This document shows, one piece after another, positions 40,291-53,127 of a stretch of 64,000 nucleotides of DNA (the first letter of the stretch is position 1; every line of letters starts with the position of its first letter). The stretch lies in contig OX597826.1 of assembly GCA_951406725.2 (NCBI GenBank), positions 36,208,001 through 36,272,000 of the forward strand. The letters are read 5' to 3'. The translations under genes and the position numbers were made by a program. The notes below the pieces were generated by a model. The model had not been told where the DNA came from and ran no database searches. It saw nothing but the letters and a program-made list of their open reading frames with translations. The DNA is from Octopus vulgaris. Lineage: Eukaryota.

Positions 40291-40585
40291 ACAGTTCTAT
40301 ATTTAAGAGATGAGGAATTATGTAAATTATTTCCATTATTTACATTTGACGGATATGGCATAGTGGTTAAGAGCATGGGCTACTAAACCCAAGATTCTGA
40401 GTTTGATTCCAAGAAGTGACCTGAATAATAATAATAACATCGTAAAATACCTTAGAAATGAGAACCCAGGTTTGAAATTTCCCCAAGACACCTGATGAAG
40501 GCTGGGGGGTATATTAGCCGAAATGCTGTGTTAACAACAAACAAGATGAGGACAAATATCCATCAAATGTAAATAATGTAAACAT
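40291..40585 (+). mobile_element. Family H element with inverted tail copy at its 5' end
   Basis: Inverted tail 40291-40356, A box tggcatagtgg, B box gagtttgattcc, (TAA)n, hammerhead at 40488-40532, tail. Confidence 0.92.
40488..40532 (+). ncRNA. Minimal type I hammerhead ribozyme motif (helix III mutated in this copy)
   Basis: acac CTGATGA a ggctg..tagcc GAAA tgct gtgt; family consensus GAAACGTT gtgt. Confidence 0.72.
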
Positions 40586-40749
40586 TCTTCAAGTTGAATT
40601 ATATTCAGCATGATGTGTATTATTTATAATGTGCTGAAAGGGTTTTATAAGACTGAGGTCTGTTCACATTTATCACTACTTATCACCATTGCTTTCAAAG
40701 ATCAATGTAAGACCCCTTCTCTTGTATGTCTCGATTTAGTTTGTGCTTT

Positions 40750-41546
40750 CTTTTATTCTTTCTATTCTTTTACTTGTTTCAGTCATTTGACTGTGGTCAT
40801 GCTGAAGCACCACCTTTAATTGACCAAATTGACCCCAGTACTTACTCTTTGTAAGCCTAGTACTTATTCTACTGGTTTCTTTTGCTGAACCAGTAGGTTG
40901 TCAAGCAATGGTAGGGGAACAAACACGGGCACACAAAAACATACATGCACATGCGCACACACACATACACACACACACACACATATTGTTACAATCAGAC
41001 AAATTCTTGGGTATAAAAGGGGTGAACCTCTGAACGCAACAACAGAATTGTAAAACCAGTGAATTAACATTCAAGGATGAAATTATGTAACAAAAATGTA
41101 TTTTATATAAGTCAAAGGATATATTTGATAAGTTAATATCCAAAGAATTTCATGTCCAGCCTTCGATTATTCAAAGTTATGTTGTAAACGATCTGATCTG
41201 TATGCAGCCCTCTCTCATATTTTTACTGTCCACGCAATGCCGTTGCTGTATTCTAAACTCTTTTCCCTGGATTTTCCTTTATCTCTTTTTAACAGGAAGA
41301 CAACAAGATTACCCATCTCATTTGTTAACAGGAATTAAATGAGATTACCTCCCTCATTCCTTGTTAACTTCCTGTATGTATATATATATATATATATATT
41401 TATATACATACGTCATTTTAACTCTGCCAAAAAAAATCATTATATATCTCTCATCACAAATGCTTATCTCCCCTCAATCAGATTCTGAAGCTTCATTCAG
41501 AAAACATTCTAAGTTCTCTTCTTTCATTATATACATAAATATACAT

Positions 41547-41596
<50 letters not shown>

Positions 41597-41742
41597 GATT
41601 GGCTTTTTTCACTTTCCATCTACCAAGTCCACTCACAAGGCTTTGGTTGGCCCGAGGCTATAGTAGAAGACACTTGCCCAAGACTGAACCCAGGACCATG
41701 TGGTTGAGAAGCAAGCTTCTTACCACACAGCCATGCTGCACC
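40750..41742 (-). mobile_element. SINE family A split by a probable solo LTR
   Basis: 3' half ~40750-40980, 5' half ~41595-41742. Confidence 0.8.
40987..41550. mobile_element. Probable solo LTR (564 bp)
   Basis: TGTTA...TAACA termini, ATAT on both sides, precisely interrupting a SINE. Confidence 0.6.
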
Positions 41743-41779
41743 TATGCTTAACTGTATTTTTTTTTAATTGTCGCCCTTG

Positions 41780-42128
41780 ATCAAATTCCGGTGAGGTCGA
41801 CTTTGCATTTCATCCTTTTGGGGGTCAATAAATTAAGTACTAGTTACATACTGAGGTCGATTTAATCTACTAGCCCTCAAAATGTTGGGCCTTGTGCCTA
41901 AAGTAGAAAAGATTAAAAGGCAGTGAACTGGCAGAATTGCTAGCACACTGGGCGAAATGTTTGATAGTATTTTGTCTGTCTTTACATTCTGAGTTCAAAT
42001 TCTGCTGAGGTCAACTTTGCCTTTCATCCTTTCGGTGTCGATAAATTAAGTACCAGTTGCATACTGGAGTCGATCTAATCGACAGGGCCCCCCACCAAAA
42101 TTTCTGGTCTTGTGCCTAGAGCAGAAAA
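41780..42128 (+). mobile_element. Two tandem SINE family B copies (first is 5'-truncated)
   Basis: Repeated ttcatcc...ggtc.ataaattaagtac...ccttgtgccta. Confidence 0.82.
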
Positions 42129-42339
42129 AAAAGAAGAATTGTCTCCCTTGCCCTTGTTGAAAGTAATTTTCACTTACTGTAATGAATTTTCGTCTCATTT
42201 ATAATTATTTCAGTTGATTAAAAAGTATTTTCAGCTCACTATATTAATTGGGGTATCCTGTCCTTCTGGATAATATAGTCTGGGACTCACTACCTGGGAA
42301 AAACGAACAATCATCATAATCGTAATCATCATCATCATC

Positions 42340-42700
42340 ATCGTTTAACGTCTATTTTCCATGCTAGCATGGGTTGGGCGGTTCGACCAGCGTCTAGGAA
42401 GCCAGGAGGCTGCACCAGGCTCCAGTCTGATCTGGCAGTGTTTCTACAGCTGGATGTCTTTCCTAACACCAACCACTCTGTGAGTGTAGTGGGTGCTTTT
42501 TACATGCCAATGGCACAGGTGCCAGGCGAGGCTGGCAATGGCCACATTTGGATGGTCCTTTTTACATGCCATCGGCACAGGTATCACAGCTACAATTTCC
42601 ATTTGAATTTTATTTTGATGTTGATGTACTCGACTCAATAGGTCTCCTCAAGCACAGCAGGTCACCCTACAATCCAAGGTAAGTACAGCAGGAAGTCCTA
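42340..42700 (-). mobile_element. SINE-like family C copy
   Basis: cgtttaacgtctattttccatgctagcatgggttgg... with internal repeats. Confidence 0.85.
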
Positions 42701-43063
42701 AGTAAATAAAAATAAAAACAGAACATAATGTTTATGTCTTGAATGATTTTGATCAAGAGCAACACTTAGGATATAACAACAACAATAACATTAATTTCAC
42801 TAACATGACAATAGCAACAACAACACAAAGAACAGCTTGGCACCATTCCTAACTCCATGTGATATTAAATGGCAGGAATAAACTCCTATAAATAAATAAC
42901 TGAAGGATTATTTTAAAGCCATTATTGGAATATTGGAATGAATTATGGCCTGGAGACATGAAAGAATGGCCAGAAAAATATTATGGGAAAGGGAAAAATG
43001 AAGAACTCTGTGCCAGATGATATCCTCATTTATCACATATTACTGTTGTGTGGATTAATACCA

Positions 43064-43106
<43 letters not shown>

Positions 43107-43119
43107 ACTGCATGTGGAC

Positions 43120-43315
43120 TGTTGGCAATGTTTCCTTATTTTCCCTCTTTTCTCTTTGGACTTTCCTGTTTCTGATGAAGAGCTATGCTTGAAATGTCGA
43201 CAACAACTCTTTCCCTTCACCAAGTGTCTAATTAATATATTTTTTGTACACGTCCCTACATTCATTTTTTTCTCTCTTTTTTTTCTGCTTTTTTTAAAAA
43301 ATTGTTTATTTGAAT
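43120..43315 (+). mobile_element. Penelope-type terminal fragment with hammerhead motif
   Basis: CTGATGA a gagc tat gctt GAAA tGTC (43172-43198), then a T-rich tail. Confidence 0.62.
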
Positions 43316-43476
43316 TATACACACACACACACACAGGGGAATGATGGACATAAGGATTGTGTGTTTTAAAACTATGATAACAGCATGCTTCACTGAATGT
43401 TCTACACACATTCTTGGAAATATGATGTTAAACAAAACTGGAAATTGTCTGGACATTCCATTGTGAATTCTGTGTT

Positions 43477-43878
43477 ACATACATACATGCATACATACAT
43501 ACATACATACATACATGCATGCATACATACATACATACATACATACATACATACATACATACATACATACATACATGCATACATGCATACATACATACAT
43601 ACATACATGCATACATACGTACATACACACACACATACATACATACATACATACATACATACATACATACATACATACATACATACATACATACAAAAAT
43701 ACCCTGTTGATATTGAAATTCCAATGAAGGAGCCTTGGATCTAGGTTAGAAACTGACTCTTTCAGTATTGGCAAGAAATCTTGAAATAAACTGAATAATC
43801 ACATACATACATAATACATACATACATGCATACATACATCCATCCATCCATCCATCCATACATACATACATACATACA

Positions 43879-43911
<33 letters not shown>

Positions 43912-43998
43912 GCATACATACATACATACACACATACATACATACATACATGCATACATCCATCCATCCATCCATACATACATACATACATACATGCA

Positions 43999-44031
<33 letters not shown>

Positions 44032-44175
44032 GCATACATACATACATACATACATACATGCATACATACATACATCCATCCATCCATACATACATACATA
44101 CATACATACATACATACATACATACATACATACATACATACATACATACATACATACATACATACATACATACAC
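43477..44175. repeat. (CATA)n/(CATC)n arrays with a ~100-bp non-repetitive insert
   Basis: Seen directly. Confidence 0.95.
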
Positions 44176-44338
44176 AATAGGTTTCCTTCACTTTCTGTCA
44201 GCCAGATCCACTCACAAGGCATTGGTCTGCCTGGAGCTATAGAAGAAGACTCTTGCATGAGATAGCAAACAGTGGGATTGAACCTGAAATCATGTGATCA
44301 GGAAGTAATCTCCTCAACCACACAGCCATGCCTGTGCC
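44176..44338 (-). mobile_element. SINE family A 5' half
   Basis: atccactcacaaggcattggtc...ccacacagccatgcctgtgcc. Confidence 0.78.
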
Positions 44339-45959
44339 TACAGCTACACCTGCAGTTTTATGCCATAATAGAAGGAAGGAGGATTTCAGTGCTTATGGAA
44401 CACCGTACTGTATGAGAGGCAAAAGTCAGTAAAATCATGTCTTGAAAACACAATGCATTGTGGGATATAACGTCAATTAAGAATTTAAAGTAGGTTCAGT
44501 CTGGTATGAAGTCTTCACCTTGTAGACTCGAGTGCTTCCAAGCCAACATTATGCATTTGGAACAGAGAATGACAGGGAGAATAAGGGATGAAGAAAATGG
44601 TGCCACAGAGGTTACGAGATAGAGACAGCGATAAAGAGATAGAGATGAAGTGAGAGAGAGAGAGAGAGGTGAGGAGGGAGAGGGATCGGTTTTGTTTAAT
44701 CAATCAAATGGTTGACTTGATTTTTATAATGTTAGAATACCAGAGAAAGAGAGCCGATATCAAGGCCTAGCAACTATGATAATGGTTCTTTGTCACCAAA
44801 GAACTGCTTAGTTTTAATGGCTATTCTCAGCTCATAGCCAAGCGGCATGGAATTGCTCCTGGCAATGCCTCTCCTCACATCAAACGTACACTATCAGAGA
44901 AAGAATTAACAAGTCTGATAAGAACAATAATGAATAAATTAACGAGTGCACATTTATAATAGTTTTATGTTTGTTTGATGTAAATTTGGTTTTATTTCCA
45001 GAAAACCTGTGAAGAAAGTGTCTCGATATCAACGACAATTACAAGATAATGTTCCATCGTAGAGGCTAAACAGATTGTAACATATTTTCCATGAGAAACC
45101 AACTTAATTATAAAATCATAATACACAATTATCTAAGAATTATAATTTCTCATTGTTTTGGAGCAAATAGAATACAATATGATAGATTTATTGTTGAGGA
45201 ATGTATGTGTAATGACATATACAGGTTATATGTTGCAGCCATTGCAGATGAGGCTATACTGGGGCACTGTTTTATAACATATAGCTACAATATTGCATGT
45301 GTGTGTGTATGTGTGTGTGTGAATGTGTATCATCAAGATTAATATACGTGTTGTCATCCAAGTCAGTTTCATCATCACTATCATCATCATTTTCATTGTC
45401 ATCATTCTCATTCCTGTCATCATTATCTTCCTCCTCCTCCCCCTCATTATCATCATCATCATTATCATCATCATCATCATCATCATAATCATCATCACCA
45501 CCACCACCACCACCACCACCATCATCGTTATCATCACCATCATAATCATCATTGTCGTCATCATCATCATGAACTTTATCATCATCATCATCATCTTTAT
45601 CTTCATCATCATCATCATCACCATCATCATCATTTTACACTCGTTTTCCATGCTAGCATAGGTTGGCTGGTTCATTACCCTCCTAAATAGGCTTGAAGAC
45701 TATGCCTTGCACATTTCTTCCACTTTTGAAATGGAAAGAGAGAGAGAGAGAGGGAGAAAGTGAGAGAGGAAGTGAGAGAGAGAGAGAGAGAGGGGTGAGG
45801 GATGATGAGAGGGATGATGAAGATAGTAAAGAAGCTGTGAGAAGAGATTCAGTGATAAACCATAGCAACAGGATTTTGTAAAGATGGAGGTGGACAGCAT
45901 GCTGACCATGAGAATGCCCCAACAGACATCACTTCTCTTTTCCCATTCTCCTTACAATA

Positions 45960-46190
45960 CTTACATAGGGGCGTGGATCATCTCCACCACTTCTCTCATC
46001 TCCTTTCTAAGGCACAGCATTCTGAGACTAACCCTCACTTCCAAAGTTTACCTTGGTCTTTCAAACAGATTTCATACAAGAGCTTGGCATTTCTTTTACA
46101 CAACTGTTAGCATTGTAAATGCACATTAGAAAGACCTTCACAATGCCTGTGCTTCTTTCTTCCATTTGATTCCAGATTTTCTCTCCATTT
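45960..46190 (-). pseudogene. Decayed RTE-clade LINE C-terminal fragment
   Basis: NSCVK-KCQAL...ERPR*TLEV...LRMLCLRKEM resembles the RTE ending (DSCVKKC..L.V.G...RGRPRKTW...DLR.L.L..EM). Confidence 0.5.
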
Positions 46191-46220
46191 CTATTGCATC
46201 ATTCATTGATATTAATGTTA

Positions 46221-46419
46221 ATTATTTACATTATTTACATTATTTACATTTGATGGATATTTATCCTCATCTTGTTTTTGCTAACACAACATTTCAGCTG
46301 ATATACCCTCCAGCCTTCATCAGGTGTCTTGAGAAAATTTAAAACCTGGGTTCTCATTTCTAAGGTATTTTTTGATGCTGTTATTATCATCATCATCATC
46401 ATCATCATCCTCATCATCA

Positions 46420-46493
<74 letters not shown>

Positions 46494-47122
46494 TAGTTTT
46501 ATTTTTATAGCGTGCTTTCACTTCACTACCGAGCACAGCTCTGTGTGCCTTGGGTATGTGCTGTGATTTGTTGTGATGCTCTGATGGTTATTGTATGGAA
46601 AGTGTTCTGCGTAGGATGTGTGCAGTGCCTAGTAGTGCAATTTTCTGTATGTTATATGTGTTTGTAAGTCCTGGTGTTTTTGTTATGTATTTGTCTGAAT
46701 ATTTTTTTATCATGCCTAATGCACCTACTATGATAGGAATTGTTTCTGTTTTCAGATTCCACATTCTAGTTACCTCCATTTCCAGGTCTTTGTATTTTGA
46801 GAGTTTCTCCATTTCTTTTAGAGACACGTTGTCATCAGCCGGTATTGATACATCAATTAGAAAGCATTTTTTTTCTTCATGATCTCTGACAACTATATCT
46901 GGTCTGTTGGCCTTAATTTCTCTATCTGTGTGTATCGGCATATCCCAGAGTATGGTTGCTTTCTCGTTTTCTGTGACCTTTTCTGGTGTGTGCCTATACC
47001 ATCTTTTTTTCTGTTGTTATTCCATAATGTTGGCATAGCTTCCAATGTATGTAGGCTCCAACTCTGTCATGTCTGTGAATATATTCCTTCTTAGCCAAGA
47101 CTGGGCAGCTAGAGATTTATTA

Positions 47123-47210
<88 letters not shown>

Positions 47211-47216
47211 TCACTG
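46221..47216 (-). mobile_element. Family H element (head mostly lost) split by a Dong insertion
   Basis: Tail plus hammerhead at 46221-46380; upstream piece cagtgacctgaa(taa)n at ~47120-47216. Confidence 0.82.
46491..47116 (-). mobile_element. R4/Dong-clade retrotransposon 3' fragment in (TAA)n
   Basis: ISSCPVLAKKEYIHRHDR..IHWKLC, WDMPIHTDREIKANRPDIV, IDVSIP, EKLSKYKDL, LLGTAHILRR; one frameshift; TAA repeats on both sides. Confidence 0.93.
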
Positions 47217-47769
47217 ACATGTTTACATCTCTCCATCTTTTTGCATCTCTCCATTTGCTTTCTTTTCTAGGTTTGAAAAAATCTCTTTCATTTTTCCTAA
47301 GTGTCAAAATAAAAAAAACCTAGTTTGTTGCACTTCACCTGTCTCTGGCTTTTGTTGCTCACTACATTTGTTTTTTGTACAATTCTGAACAACAGACACC
47401 CCCCCACACACACACACATACACACACAAACACACACACGTATGTATACAGAGAGAGAGAGAGACAGAGAGGGAGGGACAGAGGAAGAAAGAGGAGAATG
47501 AGAGAAAGAGAGAGACAAATTGCACGTGATGACATAAGAGGTAGACCGCCAACATTGCTGGTGACAAAGGACAATATTTAATGAATGATATTGATACAGA
47601 GATTCACACACAAGAAGACTTCAAGTTTCTGTTTCAATGACCACATGATCATCACTCCACATCTTCACCTGCTCTCGGTCCAGTGCTCAGAAAACCATCA
47701 ATTACTCAAAGTCTATGTTTCAGATATTCAGATGACATTGTGAGCTCACACACACACAGACATACACAC

Positions 47770-47867
<98 letters not shown>

Positions 47868-47877
47868 CATCATCATC

Positions 47878-48225
47878 ATCGTTTAACGTCCACCTTCCAT
47901 GCTAGCATGAGTTCAATGGTTCGACTGGGGTCTGGGAAGCCAGGAGGCTGTACCAGGCTCAAGTCTGATCTGGCAGTGTTTCTACAGCTGAATGCCCTTC
48001 CTAACGCCAACCACTCTGTGAGTGTAGAGGGTGCTTTTTATGTGCCACCGGCACAGGTGCCAGTCGAGGATGGCAACACCTACGATCGGTTGGTGCTTTT
48101 TACGTGCCACCGGCATGGAGACCAGTCGAGGCGGCGGTGGCAACGGCCATGTTCAGATGGTTCTTTTACATACCACCGGCACTGGTATCACAACTACAAT
48201 TTCCATTGATTTTTGATCGATTTCG
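47878..48225 (-). mobile_element. SINE-like family C copy
   Basis: Matches family C; three internal motif copies. Confidence 0.85.
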
Positions 48226-48404
48226 TTATATACATATATATATATATATATAACAATCTCCAGATATCAGTACAAAACGTAAATACATTGTTATTTTTGT
48301 TGTAATAAATATAACTATCGAAAGGTATTGAGTTCTATATGAGAAAACATTTGTGCCATGTATAATATAGACTTATACATGATTTCCAACTCATGTATCA
48401 TGAC

Positions 48405-48451
<47 letters not shown>

Positions 48452-48872
48452 GCATATACATATACGTATCTATGTAAGTATACACATGCATATATATGTA
48501 TAGAGACACAATTTTACACACACACATACATATGTACTTATATAGATTAGCAACAAACAGAAGCAGTACCTAAGTGGAATGGAATTATTATACCATAATA
48601 TACAATTATCTTTGAAATATATCTTTTATTGTTTCCAAGCAAGTAGAATAGAATATAAAATTGATAATTATTATCATATTGATTTTATTACAACTTCCCA
48701 AGATTTATTCTCAGAAACACAACTCTCAACCCACGCAAATATATACATACATGCATAAATACATACACATGTACATACATATATACATACGTACATACAT
48801 ATGTACACACGTACATACATATATACATACATACGTACATATGTACATACATACATATATACATACACACAC

Positions 48873-48923
<51 letters not shown>

Positions 48924-49055
48924 AACATAGATACATGTGTATATATTTATATACATATACACTTATACTCATATACACACACACACACACATATATAAAT
49001 ACATATATTTACACATGTATATTTCTCTCTCTGTATATATATATATATATGTATG

Positions 49056-49102
<47 letters not shown>

Positions 49103-49214
49103 TCATACATATATATACACATGTATATGTACGCATACACGTGCACACACACATGCACATACACATATATATGTGTGTGTATCTTTGTGTTGTTGTGTGT
49201 ATATATATACATAC

Positions 49215-49262
<48 letters not shown>

Positions 49263-49814
49263 TGTATATATATATATATATAGATAGATAGATATACATA
49301 CACACACTTATATACACTCACACATGAACACATATACATACTCACACATCTATGAAGATGTTCACTTACGCACATACATCCATAGTCAAATGAATGCACC
49401 CCATTCATACCTGCAAGCAACAAACAAATGAAAGAGTTTCTCAGATGACTTATTGTGGATAAACTTTCAATAAACTTTTGATCAACTTGATGTTCCTGTG
49501 TTCCATAACTGTGTCAGGTTTTAAATGAGTGCTAAACTGAAAATGCTGCTTCATTTGTGGGACATTGTGCACCACCATCTTTCCCGAGTTGTTTCTTATA
49601 GAGTTTATTGTCTTGAAGTGACATGTCCATCTATGCTCTATCATCTTGCTTAACCGTAGGGAGAGAAGAGGAGAGATAGGATGAGAGAGAGAGAGAGTGT
49701 GTGTGTGTGTGTGTGTGTGAATGAGTGAGTGAAAGAGAGAATAGTGGGGGTTCATGATGATGATGATCATGATGATGATGATGATAATGAAGAGGAGGAG
49801 GAGGAGGAAGATAA

Positions 49815-50020
49815 TGGTGCATAAAAAAGCACCTGTGCTGGTGCCACGCAAAAAGCACCCAGTACACTCTGTGAAGTGGTTGCCATTAGGAAGCGCAACC
49901 CAGCTGTAGAAACCATGCCACAACAGACAATTGGAGCTTGGTGCAGCTCTTTGCCTTTCCAGTTCTTCTCAAACTGTGCAACCCATGCCAGAATTTTGCA
50001 TGCTGGCATGGGTTGCATGA
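49815..50020 (+). mobile_element. SINE-like family C copy, diverged
   Basis: aaaaagcaccc...gtggttgccattaggaagcgcaacccagctgtagaaa. Confidence 0.72.
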
Positions 50021-50460
50021 TGATCATGATGGTGATGGTGATGATGATGAAAAATTCCACAAATGTCCCCTTTACTATTTTATCCTTTTGAAGTCGATGT
50101 AAAAATAACAATCATTACACTCACCATCGCCATCCTCCACCTCCTCCTCCTCCTCATCATCATCATCATCATCATCAATATCATCACCAGTCTAACGTCC
50201 ACTCTTCCATGTCTGACAGGCATTCAACTGTCCGACACTCTTTTTGTTGCTACCCCTCACCTCTTATCAATTAAAGTAATATTCACCAATTAAGCCTTTG
50301 AGCATGAAGAGCACAGGGGCTGGAAAGGATTTCACACAAGACTGCACTCTGTCTGTGATGGTCACATTTTTTTGCAACCCATTGATTGATGTGTATATGT
50401 ATATATATAGATACATATACACATATATTTATATATATGTGTATATCAAATATATATATC

Positions 50461-50864
50461 AAATGAGCAGAAAATGGAGAAAACTTTTGATCAACAAATT
50501 GACTACTATTGGTTAAATATTTTTTACTACAGGTCTTGAACTTTGCTTACAGCCGTTTCTGCTGCCAATGTCAGTCGGTACCAGCAAAGAAAATTATAAG
50601 AATAGTATTAAGCCTTCATTCCTGTTCCCTCTTCTCTTCTTTTATTTTATGTATTTGTATTCACTCTGATGAAGCTCCATGTATTAGATCAGATGTGCTA
50701 TAAAGATGACGGATATTATTCTCAAAATTTTCCTTCACAGCACCACCTGACATCGGCAGCAGAAACAGCTGTAAGCAATGTTCAAGCTTTGTATTAAAAC
50801 ATATTTAACTGATGGTAGTCAATTTGTTTGTTGATCAAAAGTTTTCTCCATTTTCTGCTCATTT
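50461..50864 (+). mobile_element. Element with ~115-bp inverted arms and hammerhead-like core (Penelope-type fold-back insertion)
   Basis: Arms 50461-50574 / 50747-50864; CTGATGA at 50666; GAAACAGCTGTA at 50762. Confidence 0.72.
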
Positions 50865-52974
50865 TAAATTTGATTCCTGATAAACTCCCATTTATTCTGT
50901 TATTACCTGCATCCTATGTGTGTAGTATGCTTGCATATCCATGCCCAGGGTTAACATAGGTAATTTATACTGGTAGTAATAATGGATATTCTTATCCCTT
51001 AGACAATTACTCCAAGCGCTAACTCTATTTACCTTTTTATATATATATATATATATATATGCATACATATAAACATATCTCTGTGTGTGTGTACATGCGC
51101 ATGTGTGTGTGTGTGTGCATATGTATGCATGTTGTGTGAGTGTGTGCATGTGTATATATGTATACATATATGTTTACCTGCATGGGTAAAACCTTGAGCA
51201 AAGCTGCCTAGCAGTGCTGACCCTACATGAATATATATACTGCTATTGAACCAACTAAATGCCCATAAATGCCGTATCAAAGGACATTATGTCACTTATG
51301 CAGCAGAAATATGTCAGACTGGAATTTAATGTGAAACTAATGAGAATAATATGGTAATAAACAAATTCTGAAGATGTTTAATTCTTCATTCTTCTTCGTC
51401 TTGATTACACACACACACACACATATCCACAAACATGCACACACATATATATATTTATCTTTAGATAAATATGGCCTGGGCCAATCTTTGACTGAAACAT
51501 AGCTAAGTTATATGTATATATATATACACATACATACATACAGGTGAACACGTAAGTACAAAACAAAGTGGAAAAAATAGTACTCAATTACCAAATGTAG
51601 AGTAACATACATTTTATTAAAACTACAAAATTATCACTGAACTGTTCCTCAGAGTACCATATTCCCATTCATGGGACAGTTATGATAAATACTTCACACA
51701 CTCACACACGCACACACACATACACAAACACACACACACTCATACACACACATATTCATAGCTGAGAAATAGAGGAAATGAGGTAGAAATTCATTGAGTA
51801 ACAGTATTGACAGTGTACATGCACGTGTGCATGTATGTGAATCTCTATAAATATATGTGCACGTACATGGGTGTGCATGTATGCATATATGTACACACAC
51901 ATGCACACACATATGCGCATACACACACACACACTACAGAGACAAATGGAGGAAATGAGGTAGAGTGGCATTGCATAAAGGTGAGAATCCCTATAAATAT
52001 ACATGCATGTATGTGCACGTACATGTATATCCATGGATGTAAATATCTACACATAGACACTTGTGCATATGAATGCACGCATGCACATGTACACATAAAT
52101 GTATGGCTAGGAACCCAATGAACAACTCTAATTCACAGACCTTGTTACAAAGGATGACATCTCTGTCAAATCAGAGCTTGTTCGACATAAGTATCATGGA
52201 AACGTCATGACTGGCATCCAAACCCCACCCCCATGCCTTGATATATGCCAGTGACAGCTTGACCGCTACCTCATTACCACTGTCTTGACCCAGGGCCATT
52301 TCGTCTCATTTCCTCCAAATACCTTCCAACATTAACCGAGATAGAAACATAAAGTGATGATGTCGATGCCTTTTCCTTAGGATATAACTGGTATCAGAGA
52401 AGTGAAATAACTTCAGACGGAGATTCAGACAGACATGTGAACGGTTTATTAATTAAAGTTCATTAATAACTTTCTCTTGAATTAATTAGTCCAATGGTCA
52501 TGTGACATACATTTTTAATCATTGATGATTAATTGGGAAAATACTGTAATGCCATAGCAAGTGTTTTATTGATTTCAGTGAAAGACTTCAAGCAATTCTG
52601 TTCTTGAGATACTGTCACTGTGTACGTGGGTGGGGCAGAGATTTTTGTAGCTTTGTGGGTTTTTTTTTATTGATCTAGAAGCAGGATAGTTGTGTGGATA
52701 TGGTATTGGATTGTCAGCGCTTAACTCTCGGATTCAAATCTACATCATACTGGAGATGCACCCTCATGATACTATTCACAGAAACAGCCAGTAATCTTCA
52801 AAGTGGACCAAATGTTCGTAACAAGAGTTCCATAAACTAAATGTGCCAAAGGCAGCCACACAATGGCATTAAACTGAGCAGGAGATTTAATCAAATATTC
52901 AAGAACTCAGAAAAGAAAAAAGAACACATGCCACAAAGTTTCTTGTTTGACCATTTAGCAATTCCCTCCATGCA

Positions 52975-53127
52975 AAGATCTGGAGTGGTTCTTTATTTCA
53001 TTAACTTCAGAAAGGAGGAAAGCAAAGATGACCTTAGTAGAATTTGAACTCAGATTGCAGGGAACCAGAGCAAATGCCACAAGGCATTTCACCCAGTGCT
53101 CTTATGATTCAGCCAATTCTCTGCCCT
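52975..53127 (-). mobile_element. SINE family B, diverged
   Basis: gaaaggaggaaagcaaagatgacctt...agaatttgaactcag. Confidence 0.65.

Noticed and set aside
40353-40422. tRNA gene-like heads of families H, A, B and D
   Set aside because: A/B boxes are present, but acceptor stems do not close well and each is fused to a repeat body, so they are SINE heads rather than tRNA genes.
43715-43765. CCAATGA..GAAAC hammerhead-like motif (also ~57470-57555 minus)
   Set aside because: Too many core and helix mismatches to call from a single copy.
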